A DNA stretch of 62,568 nt, counting the filler, from Nemertoderma westbladi (Eukaryota; Animalia; Xenacoelomorpha), in NCBI GenBank assembly GCA_032718475.1. It is 3 parts of 3 records of this genome, joined end to end, with 100 filler letters (N's around TTAATTAATTAA, not from the genome) between each part and the next. Parts side by side here need not be neighbours in the genome. Positions count along the whole stretch, not along the records: positions 1 to 26,307 come from JAUCBJ010007742.1; 2 more parts are not named here. One strand, written 5' to 3'. Within the stretch, counting starts at the first letter, position 1, and every line of letters begins with the position of its first letter. Of the stretch, positions 1 to 11,592 are shown in pieces. The translations under genes and the position numbers were made by a program. Under the pieces are notes generated by a model. That model saw nothing but the letters and a program-made list of their open reading frames with translations. It was not told the origin of the DNA and did not search any database.

Positions 1-815
1 TAATTGGGTGATTTCGTCAGCCGCTTTCTTTTCTGCTTCTGCCACTTTTGTCTCTGCCGCTGCCTCTGCCTCTGCCGCTGCTTCTGCCGCTTTTGCCTCT
101 GCCGCTGCCTTGGCCGCTGCCGCCTTTCTTTCTGCTTCTGCAACTACTACGGCTGCTTTCTTTCTGTCTTCTATACGTTTTTTCCTTACTTGTTCTTCCC
201 TTTCTCTAGCGATGCGGAGTTGTTCATCGAATTTAGCTTGGTTCGCCGCTAACCTATCCACATCAATCGCATCTAACACAAGTTTGGCTCCTTCGCTATT
301 AGGGCTAAGTCCCTCTAGCCTTCTCCTCAACTCTTTATCTCCCACAAAACGCTGATAGTCTGACAGATAGATATCAATGCCGTTGAAAACCGTTGACTTC
401 TCGCCCAATCGATCTGGTGTTCTTCCACCGCGATCAATAACCCAGCGAGCACGGCTGCAGGAAGGATGAGAAGGGGATCCGTATAAACCGCATCCGTCAT
501 CTCTGCTCCGCTCTCGGGTGTCAGCTCTACAGTATCCTCACTACTGGAACTGCTGGGCCGCTGAGGAACAAGTTCTTGACTAGCGGGTTGTTGCTGTTCC
601 GCCGCTTGTTGGTCCCGCTTGACCTGAGCTCGGGTGCCTATGATAGACCTACGATGTTGGACCAGCCTAGGTTCTGTTATTACTACTGGAGGGATGACCT
701 TCCTCACAGTGGGAGGTGAACTGGATTTACGACCAGGCAGTTGTACGTCTCTATCTGAGTCGCAGATAGTTACATCTAATAAACTGTCTGACAGGTTCTG
801 CTTAGTATCAGACAT
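1..815 (-). pseudogene. BEL gag N-terminus, internally deleted and frameshifted
   Basis: ORF 327-815 (MSDTKQNLSDSLLDV...) matches the N-terminus of the 979-aa ORF at 29295. About 0.5 kb present in copy B (28340-28875) is missing near 380-400. Confidence 0.85.
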
Positions 816-3800
816 GACTATGTATACCGTTGAATGTCTACTGCTGTATTACAGTCTGAGTAAGTCTAGTAACTCAGTATTACCTGCTAGCCTAGTAATT
901 AATTACCGGTACTGCTACTCAGTGTAGCGTGATATATATATAATATATTAGAATACCGGTATGCTTATAGTATATATAACTATTATTACAGACTAGGTTT
1001 ATCACAGAATACCGGTATAATTTTAGCACAAATATATATAAATATATAATAGGCCTATCGGAATACCGGTATACAGCTTACAGTTTGTAGTATATATAAT
1101 TCTGGACTAGAATTAATTACAAGTACCGGTATAATTTCAGCCAAAATTTATAGAAATAAAGATAATAGGCCTATCGTAAATACCGGTATATCAATTATTT
1201 TAAATAATTGAATTTCTGAATTTTAGGGTTACTTGGTTACTTTACTTACTTTATTACCGTTATTTGAACAGTAGTCTAACTGATATTGAGACCTAATGGT
1301 TATATGGTAGGCCTACTATTTATAAATCGTTAGATTTGATTTATAATATATATATACCCGTTTTAATGGGTTTTGTCAATGTTTGAAATAAATGTTATTA
1401 TTTCTGGGGAGTAATCACTACACAAAGCGGTGCGCTTTCAGTGAAGTGTTACGTACAGGACACTAAAACAAATAATACTAATTTACCTAAGTTACTTAAT
1501 ACTACAAATTACGTACAATTTGGGTTGAGATTACAATCTCTAAATAAACACAAAAATTTACAAAAAACACAAATACGAATTTTTAGGGTAATTTTACAAG
1601 AAGTCTACAAACCAGCCTAACAAAGGGTTAGAAAACCGGTTATTACAACGGACAGGGTACTACGGTATTTGAAATAATAAGTAGTAGTAAATACACTGCG
1701 TTGTCTAGATAGGAAAATACCACCGCCTGACGACCTATAGCCGTATCGCTATAGGTTCTACGTTATGTATCACGGAGTGTTCCTACCTAGAAGTTAATAG
1801 AGCTAATCGAATGTGCCTATCAACCACTTTACAACACAGATATAATGCCTACAATAATTACTTCGGAAAGTACTGTACACTAAACCCTAAATTAGGTACG
1901 AGTACTTGTATAACAAATAATCAGTAGTTAAATATACTTGAACAGCTAAAAGAACCACGGCATCTGCTGGAGTGACCGATGCACAAAATCACCAGTCTTG
2001 ACCTACGCCGAGCAGCCCGTGTAGTACCGAGGTTAATTTAACTATAGCGGTATGTATAACAAACACAATTACTGTAGGAACAAACTTGGGGAATGAATGT
2101 TGCGGATAATCGCATAAACTCTGAATAATAAATATTACGCTACGCGTACAAACTACTCAAACAAAATACAGACCGAACACTGACAGACTACTATCAAGCC
2201 TAAACAAACTACGGTATATGCAGACTCCGAAATGATTAGGGAGTATGCGCTCTAACCCAGTAGTGCGACTTATTCTTTAGTTGGGGGTTTACCTTACAGC
2301 GTTCGCTGCCCCTACTGCCTAACCGTACTTAATCGGACAGATGATCTACACACGCGGCAATCCGTTCAGACCTAATAACAGCCAGACAACTATCCAGCCT
2401 ACAAATTGTCTGTACAATCTGATCAGGTTTACACGCCTTCTGTTCAATACTGGCCTACAAACAAATAAAACTGACAGAAATAGGCCTAAGTAAAATCCCA
2501 ATAAAAACCAGGCGTCCCCGATTAATTATTAAGACCTACCGGCATATATAATCAAATCGAATAATACTGCTGTACTTATACGGAAGTAGGTACCGGTCCG
2601 GATGATCAGGCAGTCAGGCCTACTGGTTACCGGTCGACCGGTACTTTCGACTTTATTGCTTACTGCAATAAAGAAGCTATATCCTTTAATGTTCGCGCTT
2701 TCAGACCTTTGGCAGTTTAACCCACCAAATTAAGATGTCTTCTAGATATTAAATCTGTTTTTTAGTCTATGACAAGTATTTGATTCACTACACTAGTCGA
2801 AACCAATCCGTGCGCGACCATTCACCCGCTGGAGATTCCCGGGAGATTGGGTTCGACGGTTTAATTTTATTGCTATGTAAGCCTAATGTATTATTCGACT
2901 GACAGTACTATATAATCTCTGACAATATTATTCACCTTCGGTAATATTAACAGTTCCTTTAGGACGTGGCGCTTTATCTATATAAACAGAGTTATGACTT
3001 AAACTACTCACAACGATATGGCTTAATTATAATTCACATATATGGCGCATTCTTTAGGAATTGCTTCTTTAACAGACTCACTCATACACAATGCTGCACA
3101 ATACTGCACACTAATCTGCCAATCTTCACTGATTTTAGTCACATATAAAAGGAACACAGGCTGACTCATGTAGGGTCTATCAAATAACATTAGATTCACT
3201 TCAAACCACTTCAACATAAGTCACAATCGTTATTGGTAACCTTTCTCTCTTACCTTCGGTATATCAAGAATATTGGGTTTCGGGGTTATTTATCGTTATT
3301 CCAAATATAATAATTCATCAACCATATTATGAAGAACTGACAGTAAATAGCAGTATAAAACAACAACTGAACACTGATTGTTACGAGTTTGCAATGTTTC
3401 AGCAGTCAGTATGTATGATCAGTCATCAGAGTCTTTAGGTAGGCCGATATGTCAGTTAAAGGATATATGCCCTTTATAATTAAACCTACTAGTGTAAGAC
3501 TAAAAAACAGTAAAGCACAAAATACTTCCAAGCCGTTCTTTCTTTGGCTCAGGACTGAATGTAAACACTGCACATAGGCATTGCGTCATTTCTCGGAAAT
3601 TTTCTGTACAAGGAGCCACAAAAACGCTCTAATTGGCTGACTGAACTGAGAGACGCCGTAGAACAAAGGAAATCAACACGTATGAATGTCAGCTGTTAAC
3701 CGTAGTCATAGTAACTACTGTTCAAGAGTAGCTATCACCCCTTTGCGTCACGAATTGCCATAGAATCATAAAATATGCCTTTCACAGTACACATACGGAG

Positions 3801-3935
3801 GAAATAGATCTTAGATCCTCTAAAAACACCGATACAGCAATAATACGGTCTCTTACACTTATTAAATCAACTACAGAGTATTTTAATGTAAAAGATAATA
3901 AAAATAACGGGGCAATTCAGCAAAGGCTTTTACAA
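1..3935 (-). mobile_element. BEL/Pao LTR retrotransposon copy A: gag 5' part plus ~3.1 kb leader/upstream region, truncated by the window start
   Basis: Colinear with 27906-36660 (minus the Gypsy insert) from base 1 to ~3935. Similarity is high near gag and decays upstream. Confidence 0.85.
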
Positions 3936-5711
3936 TCCGAGTGCTTTGTTACACGAACGAACGTTGGTGAGTGAGGGAAAATAAAGCCACGAGGATCAGA
4001 ACACAGTAAAATACTACATAGATACATGCATACATACATACAAGTATGTATGTAGTTTTATTCCAAAATTGTAATATTACGAAATGATTGTACATATACA
4101 TTATAAGTGATAGAAACTGCACAAATTAAATTACAGTAGTTACTGTATAAATAAATGTAAAAATGACCTAAATTATGTTATTAAAGGTTAGCTTATATTT
4201 ATGGAGGCGTTTGGAGCCATGTTAATAGTTTATAGCTACTGGTTATTAATAGCTATAGCCCGCCCACCGGTAGGTAATGCAGTAGGCCTATATGGCTGTC
4301 AAGCAAATATTACCTATTGTATACGTGGTAATCAATAACGGCGTAAACGGTAATGTCCGCTAAAGGGACATTACTTAACTACTAACACCAAATACAATAC
4401 TAAATACAATACTAAATGTACAGGCAATGCTGTAACAATGCTGTAACGTCCTCAAAAGTTGTAAAGTGCTAAATAACAACTCGCTGTTAATACTAACGAC
4501 GTTGAGTAATTGCTGTTAAAGGGGGTTGGTGGGAGAGTTATGTATGAGTCAACATTTTGAAATGCATACTGCTCCAAAACAAATATAAATAAAAATAAGT
4601 GCAATATACACTTTAGGTGAACTAAATTGAATTTAGTAATTATATAGCAAGGTAAATATTGTAGAATATTGTTTTCACTGTATTCTAGATGTACAGTAGG
4701 CCCACCAAGCTTTTACCAAGAGTTGAGAAGTGATAATCAAAGTAAAAGGGAATAAGCACACAACCAACCACAAAAAAATATTATGCAATGTGGCGTTTCA
4801 TGGTTGGTGATTTCATTTCCGATGACAATTTACATATTTGATAGCTTCCAAATTGTTTGTTTGTCTATACGGCTGTAGTTAATATTTTGGCGAACAGGCT
4901 GACACCGACAGCAGTACACACAGACACGATGCCCCCGAATTTTAAAACCCCGACATTGGAAATGAAATCACCGACAAGGTAAGTCCCGCTAGGGAATTTT
5001 TTATGCGGATAACGGGATTACCAAATTTTTGACGGACAGACCGACAGACAGCCACATCTCGAGAATAGAAAGCTTTACCGACGAAATGAAATGACTCAGT
5101 TCTATAGAGTCTCTCTTGGCGCGGATTCAATGGGTTCCCCCTCTAGAGAAATATCTCAATTGGTCCCGAGAATTTAGTCGCATTAGTTGAATTAGTCCCG
5201 AGATTTAAATGTTAAAAACTTATTTTAAGTCATTAAAGTCAGTATAATAAGGGTTGTCTGCCCAAAAGGGGTTGTATTTTCTTTATATCACGTACCATGT
5301 AACCCCATGAAGGCTTCCAACACAAACATATTATTCTTTTTTATTTTTTAAGGTTTTTCATACCTGTACTCGGTTTAACGTTCAACAAAACTATTCCACC
5401 TCTACTATACTGGAATAAAATGCCAACTGGTTAGAATACACTCGTGTCCGTTAATATATGTAAAGGGGAAATATACTGCCCTTAGGCAGATAGCCTTACA
5501 CGTTTGTTGGCCTCCAGTGGTAAATCGTCTCCCCCCTCACCATTTTGTGGTTGGAATGCATAGCGGAAAGGATCCGCTAACAATGAATCTTGTTTAATTG
5601 GGAACATAGAGGTCGGTGCCCGTATTGCTCCTATTCTAAGTGATCATTACAGCTTCATTATTGGAGTATGTTAACAAAAACTACTACAGTCCCGCTCTCA
5701 AAAAGCATTCC

Positions 5712-5772
5712 TTTGATCAAACATTGATCAAACATTGATCAAACTTTGATCAGAATTTGATCAAATATTGAA
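5712..5772. repeat. 11-bp tandem repeat of a TTGATCAA palindromic core
   Basis: ttgatcaaaca-type unit repeated about 5 times. Confidence 0.8.
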
Positions 5773-6099
5773 ATGTACCAGCTTGTACAATGATATAGTA
5801 ATCGTCCACAACAAGAGAGGGGATGGTATAACTGTGGTAATATTGAATGTATTGTCTTTACAACGACCTGTGGGCAAGTGTGGTTTGTCAGCCGGATGGT
5901 TAAAACCCTCCATTAATTAAAAATGAATGAGCAGAATTTAATAAGTATTAATAACCCAATTTGATTTTTAATATTTAAAAAAATATGATTACAATAATGT
6001 TAAACAGATTTAAAATCTAATGATGTGTTGGTAACTAATGATGTACATAGTTTACTTTAAAAGAAATTAAGTTTCAATAAAAATACCTTATCAGAGTTT

Positions 6100-8118
6100 T
6101 TTTGAACACCATTGATAAACGATATTTAGCTAGGGGTATTTCTTCGGTTGACTACAGGGATGGTTTGTTAACTGGTCGCCCCTTTGGTGGTTTAGCAAAG
6201 AAAAATATTGCATCGGTAGTGGAATGTATGACATATGACGATAACAGACTTCTAGGAGCCAAAATTAAGTTAACTAATGATAACTATATACTCCTGCTAA
6301 ATGTTTACCTTCCTTACCAGTGCAGTGACAATGAATCTGATTTTCTAGACTATTTAGGCCGTATCAATGCTATTATTGACTGTGAAAGTACGTCATTGTG
6401 CTTTGTTTTCGGTGATTTTAATGCTGCTTCAAATACTAAATTTTATGAATATATAACTGATTGGCGCATTGATAGTCATTTACATTTGTGCGATACGATG
6501 AACTTACCTCAAGTACCTTAACTACATATGTCAGTGCTGCACATGGTAGCTCGTCATGGCTAGACCATGCTGTGTGCACTGGTAGTCTGCTTTCGTCAAT
6601 ACAGGATTTTCATGTGTATTACAACTTATCAATATCGGATCATTTTCCGGTCTCGTGTAAAATTAACTTACTGTGCAAAATAAATTCAAAGTGCAGTGAT
6701 ACGAGTTCGCAACGTAATTGTTCTAGGCACAATTGGTCGCACAACAGTTAGAATCTTATGCAGGAAACTTGAATACATTTTTATCAGTTATTGATGCGGA
6801 TTGTTTGACTGGCTCGACTTGTAAGTCATTACATTGTACTGACCATAACAATTGTATTGAGGATTATTACAATAATATAATGGATTGTATGACGAAAGCT
6901 GCAAATATGAGCATTCCAATAAAAAATCCTGGCAATGACGGGATAAATAGAAAATGTTCCAGGCTGGAATGATTTTTTACGGGATAAATACAATCTATCT
7001 AGGCGTTTATTTTTACTTTGGAAAGCCAATGGCTGCCCTACGGTTGGTGCAATATTCGATGAATATACAAAGTCCAGATTAAACTTTAAACGGTTTATGC
7101 GTGAATGTAAGCGCAACTCTACCAAAATTCGTTCTGACAAATTGGCAGAGTCAATATACTCCGACAATCATAACGAATTCTGGAACAATGTGCGCAAGCA
7201 GACAAACTCGTCCACACCATTATCAAATAAAGTTGGTAATGCTGTAGGAGAGGAGAATGTTTGCAATATGTTCAAAACTAAATTTGAATCGTTGTACAAT
7301 GCTAAGCAACCAGAATCTCATAAAGATGAGGTTGATAGCAAAGTATAGGGAATTAGCTATTGTGAGTCAATGACAGTTAAACGGAAGTTATTATTGCCAT
7401 TGATAAATTAGTGCCCGGTAAGGCTGCCGGTCCTGACGGTATCTCCAGCGAGTTTTTTTATTAATGGACCTCCAAGTATGTATTATTTCATTTAGCGAAT
7501 TTATTTACATGTATAAATGAGCACGGCTACGTTGCCTCAGACTTCATGCTTTGTAATTTTATTCCTTTAGTTGAGGATAAGAATGATGACATAACATCTA
7601 CCGACAAGTATAGAGGTATTGCTACGATTATGAGTAAAGTTTTCGAGTTAATATATATTGAACGTTTTTGTGAAAAATTAAACACGACGGATTTTCAATT
7701 CGGGTTTAAGAAGAGCCATGGTACCGACCAATGTATCTTTGCTCTTAAAGAAATTATCCAACATTATTTAGAAAACGATTCAGCTGTATACGTCTGTTTT
7801 ATTGACTCTTCTAAGGCCTTTGATTTGGTTAACCATTCAACCTTATTTAAAAAACTTATTGATAGGGAGGGGGCATTCCATTATTTTATGTACGTGTAAT
7901 CAAATACTGGTATCAATTTCAACATTTACGGATTCTATGGGGTGGATTCATTTCTGATTATTTTTGTGTCTCAAACGGTACAAAGCAGGGAGGTATCTTA
8001 TCACCTTATTTTTATAGTGTATATATTGATGGCTTAAGTAAAGAGTTGCAACGTAGTAACGTAGGTTGTATTATGTCTGGGGTACGTTCTAACCACCTGA
8101 TGTATGCAGATGATCTAT
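6100..8118 (+). pseudogene. Degenerate APE-RT LINE ORF2 (RTE-X/L2-like), multiple frameshifts
   Basis: APE motifs GRPFGG, LLNVYLPY, GDFNA, WLDH, SDHFPV and RT motifs QFGFKK, CFIDSSKAFD, KQGGILSP, HLMYADD, spread over broken ORFs. Confidence 0.9.
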
Positions 8119-8212
8119 TTTTTTATGAATTTATATTTTATGAATTTATAGCGCTGCTACGCCAATGGAGGTCTTTGGCCTTGATTCTGATTTAAGGAAC
8201 ATTAAAACAAAT

Positions 8213-10897
8213 TTCTCTGATCGGATGAGCATAAGCTCAAAGGATGGTATACCCTCGAAACAGGAAAAGGGCCCCCTGGACTGACAACAAAATTCAGAAG
8301 TGCCGAAATGACCTTCATAAGGCGCAGAAAGAGTCCCGACTCAAACAGACTACAGCGGCCAAGAATGCAGTTAAGGCTGCATCTAGGTCCCTGAACAGGC
8401 AGTACTCTGCTAATCTACAGGAGGAGCTAATAAACCAACAGGTTGATGCCATCAATGATGCTGACGACAGCAGGCAATCATCCCAGGCATGGAAATCGAT
8501 CAATCTGCTTACTGGGCGGAAAAGCCAACCAACCACCAAGGTTAAGGCTGAATCACCAGCCGATCGCCTCAATGGTTGGAAAGCACACTTTGAAAAGCTC
8601 CTCAATAATGACAGGGTATTGCCTGATAACTTTATAGAAGTAAAAGTGTCTGAGTCTGTACTCCCAGATATTCCCATTGGCGATATCTCCTTTGCAGAAG
8701 TGAAGGCTGCTGCAAAGAGCATTAAGACCAATCGTGCCAGTGGAGTAGATGGTGTTCCCCCTGAGGTCTTTAAAATACCTGAGTGTTTAAAGCTCATCTA
8801 TCCCATCATAGTAGACATGTACCGAACAACAAGAGTCCCACAAGAAATGAAAACAAATAAGTTGGTGCCAGTTCCCAATAAGGGCAACCTAACACACTAT
8901 GGTTCTTTTCGGGGAATCTCATTGATCTCGATCGCTGCAAAGCTATACAATAGGATTCTATTAAATCGCATCAGGGATCCCATTGAGAGACTGCTCCGTG
9001 GAAATCAGAATGGGTTCCGTAAAGGTCGTGGGACCATGGAGCCCATTTTGGCACTTAGAAGGATAATTGAAGAGTTATCAAAAAAGAAAGACAGGCATCT
9101 GGCTGTTATCTTTGTTGACTTCTTCAAGGCCTTTGATTCAGTCTCTCGCTCACGTATGTTCAGCATACTTTCATTATATGGGATTCCTGATGAAATTATT
9201 GCAGCAATCAGATCAGTATACGATGGTTCGACAACATTTGTGTCTACTGTTGATGGTGACACAGAACCATTTGAAGTGTTATGGGGCGTCCTCCAAGGAG
9301 ACACACTTGCACCATTCTTGTTCATTATTGTGGTTGACTATGTTCTACGCATGTCCTTAGATCATTATAATGATGATGGGGTGATGATAACTCCACCTAC
9401 TGGCTCCAGAAGTCGAGGAAATCCTGCCAAGTACCTAACTGATCTAGACTTTGCTGATGACTTAGGAGTACTCTCAGAATCATTAGAGGGAGCCCAACGG
9501 CTCCTCAGCTCATTAGAACATGCTGCTTCTAGTGTTGGTCTTTTTATTAACTCCAGAAAGACCAAAATTCTGACCGTTAACTTTGAAAGTCCTCAGCAAG
9601 TCTCTGATCGGATGAGCATAAGCTCAAAGGATGGTATGCTTGAGCATGTGGACGACTTCTGTTACCTGGGATCATGGATCCGGAAGTCAGGTGAGGACCT
9701 TCGAATACGAAAGGGAAAGGCATGGGCAGCCTTGAATAGGCTTTCCTGGATTTGGAAGTCACCGAGAATTAATCGGAAACTTAAGGTCCGATTATTTAGA
9801 GCAGCAGTAGTTCCAGTACTCCTCTACGGGAGTCCATGCTGGGCTCTAACTGCTGAGGACACCAAATCTCTGGATGGCACATTCACAAGAATGCTACGCC
9901 GGGTTCATTGTGTCAAGTACAATGCACACATCTCCAACCAGACACTATATAACATTGGAGGTGTCTCATTGGTTCCCCCAAGCTTGACACTAGAACAAAA
10001 TCGCCTCCGCTTTGCAGGGCATTGCTTTCGCCGTGAGGACCAGCCAGTGCATAATCTTGTACTTTGGCAGCCTCATGGAGTGAACAAGCATGGTTGACAG
10101 CCCATGACTTTCTTGAGACGCATCTTAAAGGACACTGGCCTTAAAGATGCGGATGATCTAGCAAATGTCATGGGTGATAGGGAGTTGTGGCGGTGCAATT
10201 TTGTTGACAAGCCGGCACAGCATTCTTAAAAATGCAGCTGCAATGCAGCATGCCGATCCTAGTAGTATGCTTGAGCATGTGGACGACTTCTGTTACCTGG
10301 GATCATGGATCCGGAAGTCAGGTGAGGACCTTCGAATACGTAAGGGAAAGGCATGGGCAGCCTTGAATAGGCTTCCCAGGATTTGGAAGTCACCGAGAAT
10401 TAATCGGAAACTTAAGGTCCGATTATTTAGAGCAGCAGTAGCTCCAGTACTCCTCTACGGGAGTCCATGCTGGGCTCTAACTGCTGAGGACACCAAATCT
10501 CTGGATGGCACATTCACAAGAATGCTACGCCGGGTTCATTGTGTCAAGTACAATGCACACATCTCCAACCAGACACTATATAACATTGGAGGTGTCTCAT
10601 TGGTTTCCCCAAGCTTGAAACTAGAACAAAATCGCCTCCGCTTTGCAGGACATTGCTTTCGCCGTGAGGACCAGCCAGTGCATAATCTTGTACTTTGGCA
10701 GCCTCATGGTGTGAATAAGCATGGTGGACAGCCCATGACTTTCTTGAGACGCATCTTAAAGGACACTGGCCTTGAAGATGCGGATGATCTAGCAAATGTT
10801 GTCATGGGTGATAGGGAGTTGTGGCGGCGCAATTTTGTCGACAAGCCGGCACAGCATTCTTAAAAATGCTGCTGCAATGCAGCATGCCGATCCTAGT
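8213..10897 (+). mobile_element. Two nested 5'-truncated RTE-clade LINE copies (outer 8213-8250 + 10269-10897; inner 8251-10264)
   Basis: 8215-8250 equals 9602-9637, and 10265-10897 duplicates 9634-10264. Both copies end ...GCCGATCCTAGTA. GTAT flanks the inner copy. Confidence 0.85.
8244..10097 (+). CDS. RTE-type reverse transcriptase ORF (5'-truncated, premature stop)
   Basis: QNGFRKGR, FVDFFKAFD, GVLQGDTLAPFLF, LDFADD, FCYLGS, RLRFAGH. TGA at 10095 where the sister copy reads GGA. Confidence 0.9.
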   Translation: MVYPRNRKRAPWTDNKIQKCRNDLHKAQKESRLKQTTAAKNAVKAASRSLNRQYSANLQEELINQQVDAINDADDSRQSSQAWKSINLLTGRKSQPTTKVKAESPADRLNGWKAHFEKLLNNDRVLPDNFIEVKVSESVLPDIPIGDISFAEVKAAAKSIKTNRASGVDGVPPEVFKIPECLKLIYPIIVDMYRTTRVPQEMKTNKLVPVPNKGNLTHYGSFRGISLISIAAKLYNRILLNRIRDPIERLLRGNQNGFRKGRGTMEPILALRRIIEELSKKKDRHLAVIFVDFFKAFDSVSRSRMFSILSLYGIPDEIIAAIRSVYDGSTTFVSTVDGDTEPFEVLWGVLQGDTLAPFLFIIVVDYVLRMSLDHYNDDGVMITPPTGSRSRGNPAKYLTDLDFADDLGVLSESLEGAQRLLSSLEHAASSVGLFINSRKTKILTVNFESPQQVSDRMSISSKDGMLEHVDDFCYLGSWIRKSGEDLRIRKGKAWAALNRLSWIWKSPRINRKLKVRLFRAAVVPVLLYGSPCWALTAEDTKSLDGTFTRMLRRVHCVKYNAHISNQTLYNIGGVSLVPPSLTLEQNRLRFAGHCFRREDQPVHNLVLWQPHGVNKHG

Positions 10898-11140
10898 ATT
10901 AATGGTAAATTGTCCTCAGCATTACCAGTGACCAGTGGAGTTCCTCAGGGCAGTGTTCTTGCTTCACTCCTTTTTGTTATTTTGTTTTTGTTATTTTTTG
11001 TTATTGCGATTGTATTTCAACTCATACTGGAATCAAACTTTATGCTGACGATACTAAGCTACATAGAGCTGTTCTATCAATCGATGATTCTCGTAAACTG
11101 CAACATGATATTGATACTCTTCATTTATGGTCTGAATTAT
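10898..11140 (+). pseudogene. CR1/L2/Jockey-type RT fragment
   Basis: INGKLSSALPVTSGVPQGSVL followed, in a shifted frame, by KLYADDTKL...LQHDIDTLHLW. Confidence 0.75.
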
Positions 11141-11399
11141 GGCGGACCTCCGCTGCGCTCCACTACAGCCCTCTGGAAGGATTACATTTATTGGGCATGA
11201 TTCCCCATACCTCCCGACTTTTTATGTGGGATTGTATTAGTCTGTTAGTCCTAACCTAATGTTAGAGGCAATTATTGCGGAACGAAAAAAATAACAAGGA
11301 AATGCCTTTATAACAAATAAGAAAAAAAATAAAAGTGCGTGCACAGATGTTGGAGGCACAACGTCTCATGATTAATTTCTCATAAGGTCCCCCCAGAAA

Positions 11400-11592
11400 T
11401 ATATCCCCCTGAGATAACTGGTACTCATTTAGCGACCATTTAAGGAACAAAGAGATAGGCCCTGGCTAATTAATCCCTTTAAAGCATTTGTGCCATAACG
11501 AAAAATATCATTGTCCTGTCTGCAGAGGTAGAACCCACGACCTCCGGATTGATGTGAATCCAAGGTAAATGGATTTAACCACAATCGAGGTC
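11400..11592 (-). mobile_element. tRNA-derived SINE, same family as 18131-18346
   Basis: Reverse complement shares ATTCACATC...CGGAGGT.GTGGGTTC and CCTTAAATGGT.GCTAAATGAGTAC with the 18131 copy. Confidence 0.6.

Noticed and set aside
4-355. Cys-rich and Ala-rich + strand ORFs (also 27893-28315)
   Set aside because: Antisense shadows of the Gag Ala/Glu/Lys tract
3395-3432. Hammerhead-like CTGATGA...GAAAC on the minus strand
   Set aside because: Stem II does not pair and the motif is not conserved in copy B
4940-5200. Helitron/DINE-like element (GACAGACCGACAGACA motif)
   Set aside because: Termini could not be defined; evidence too weak to call
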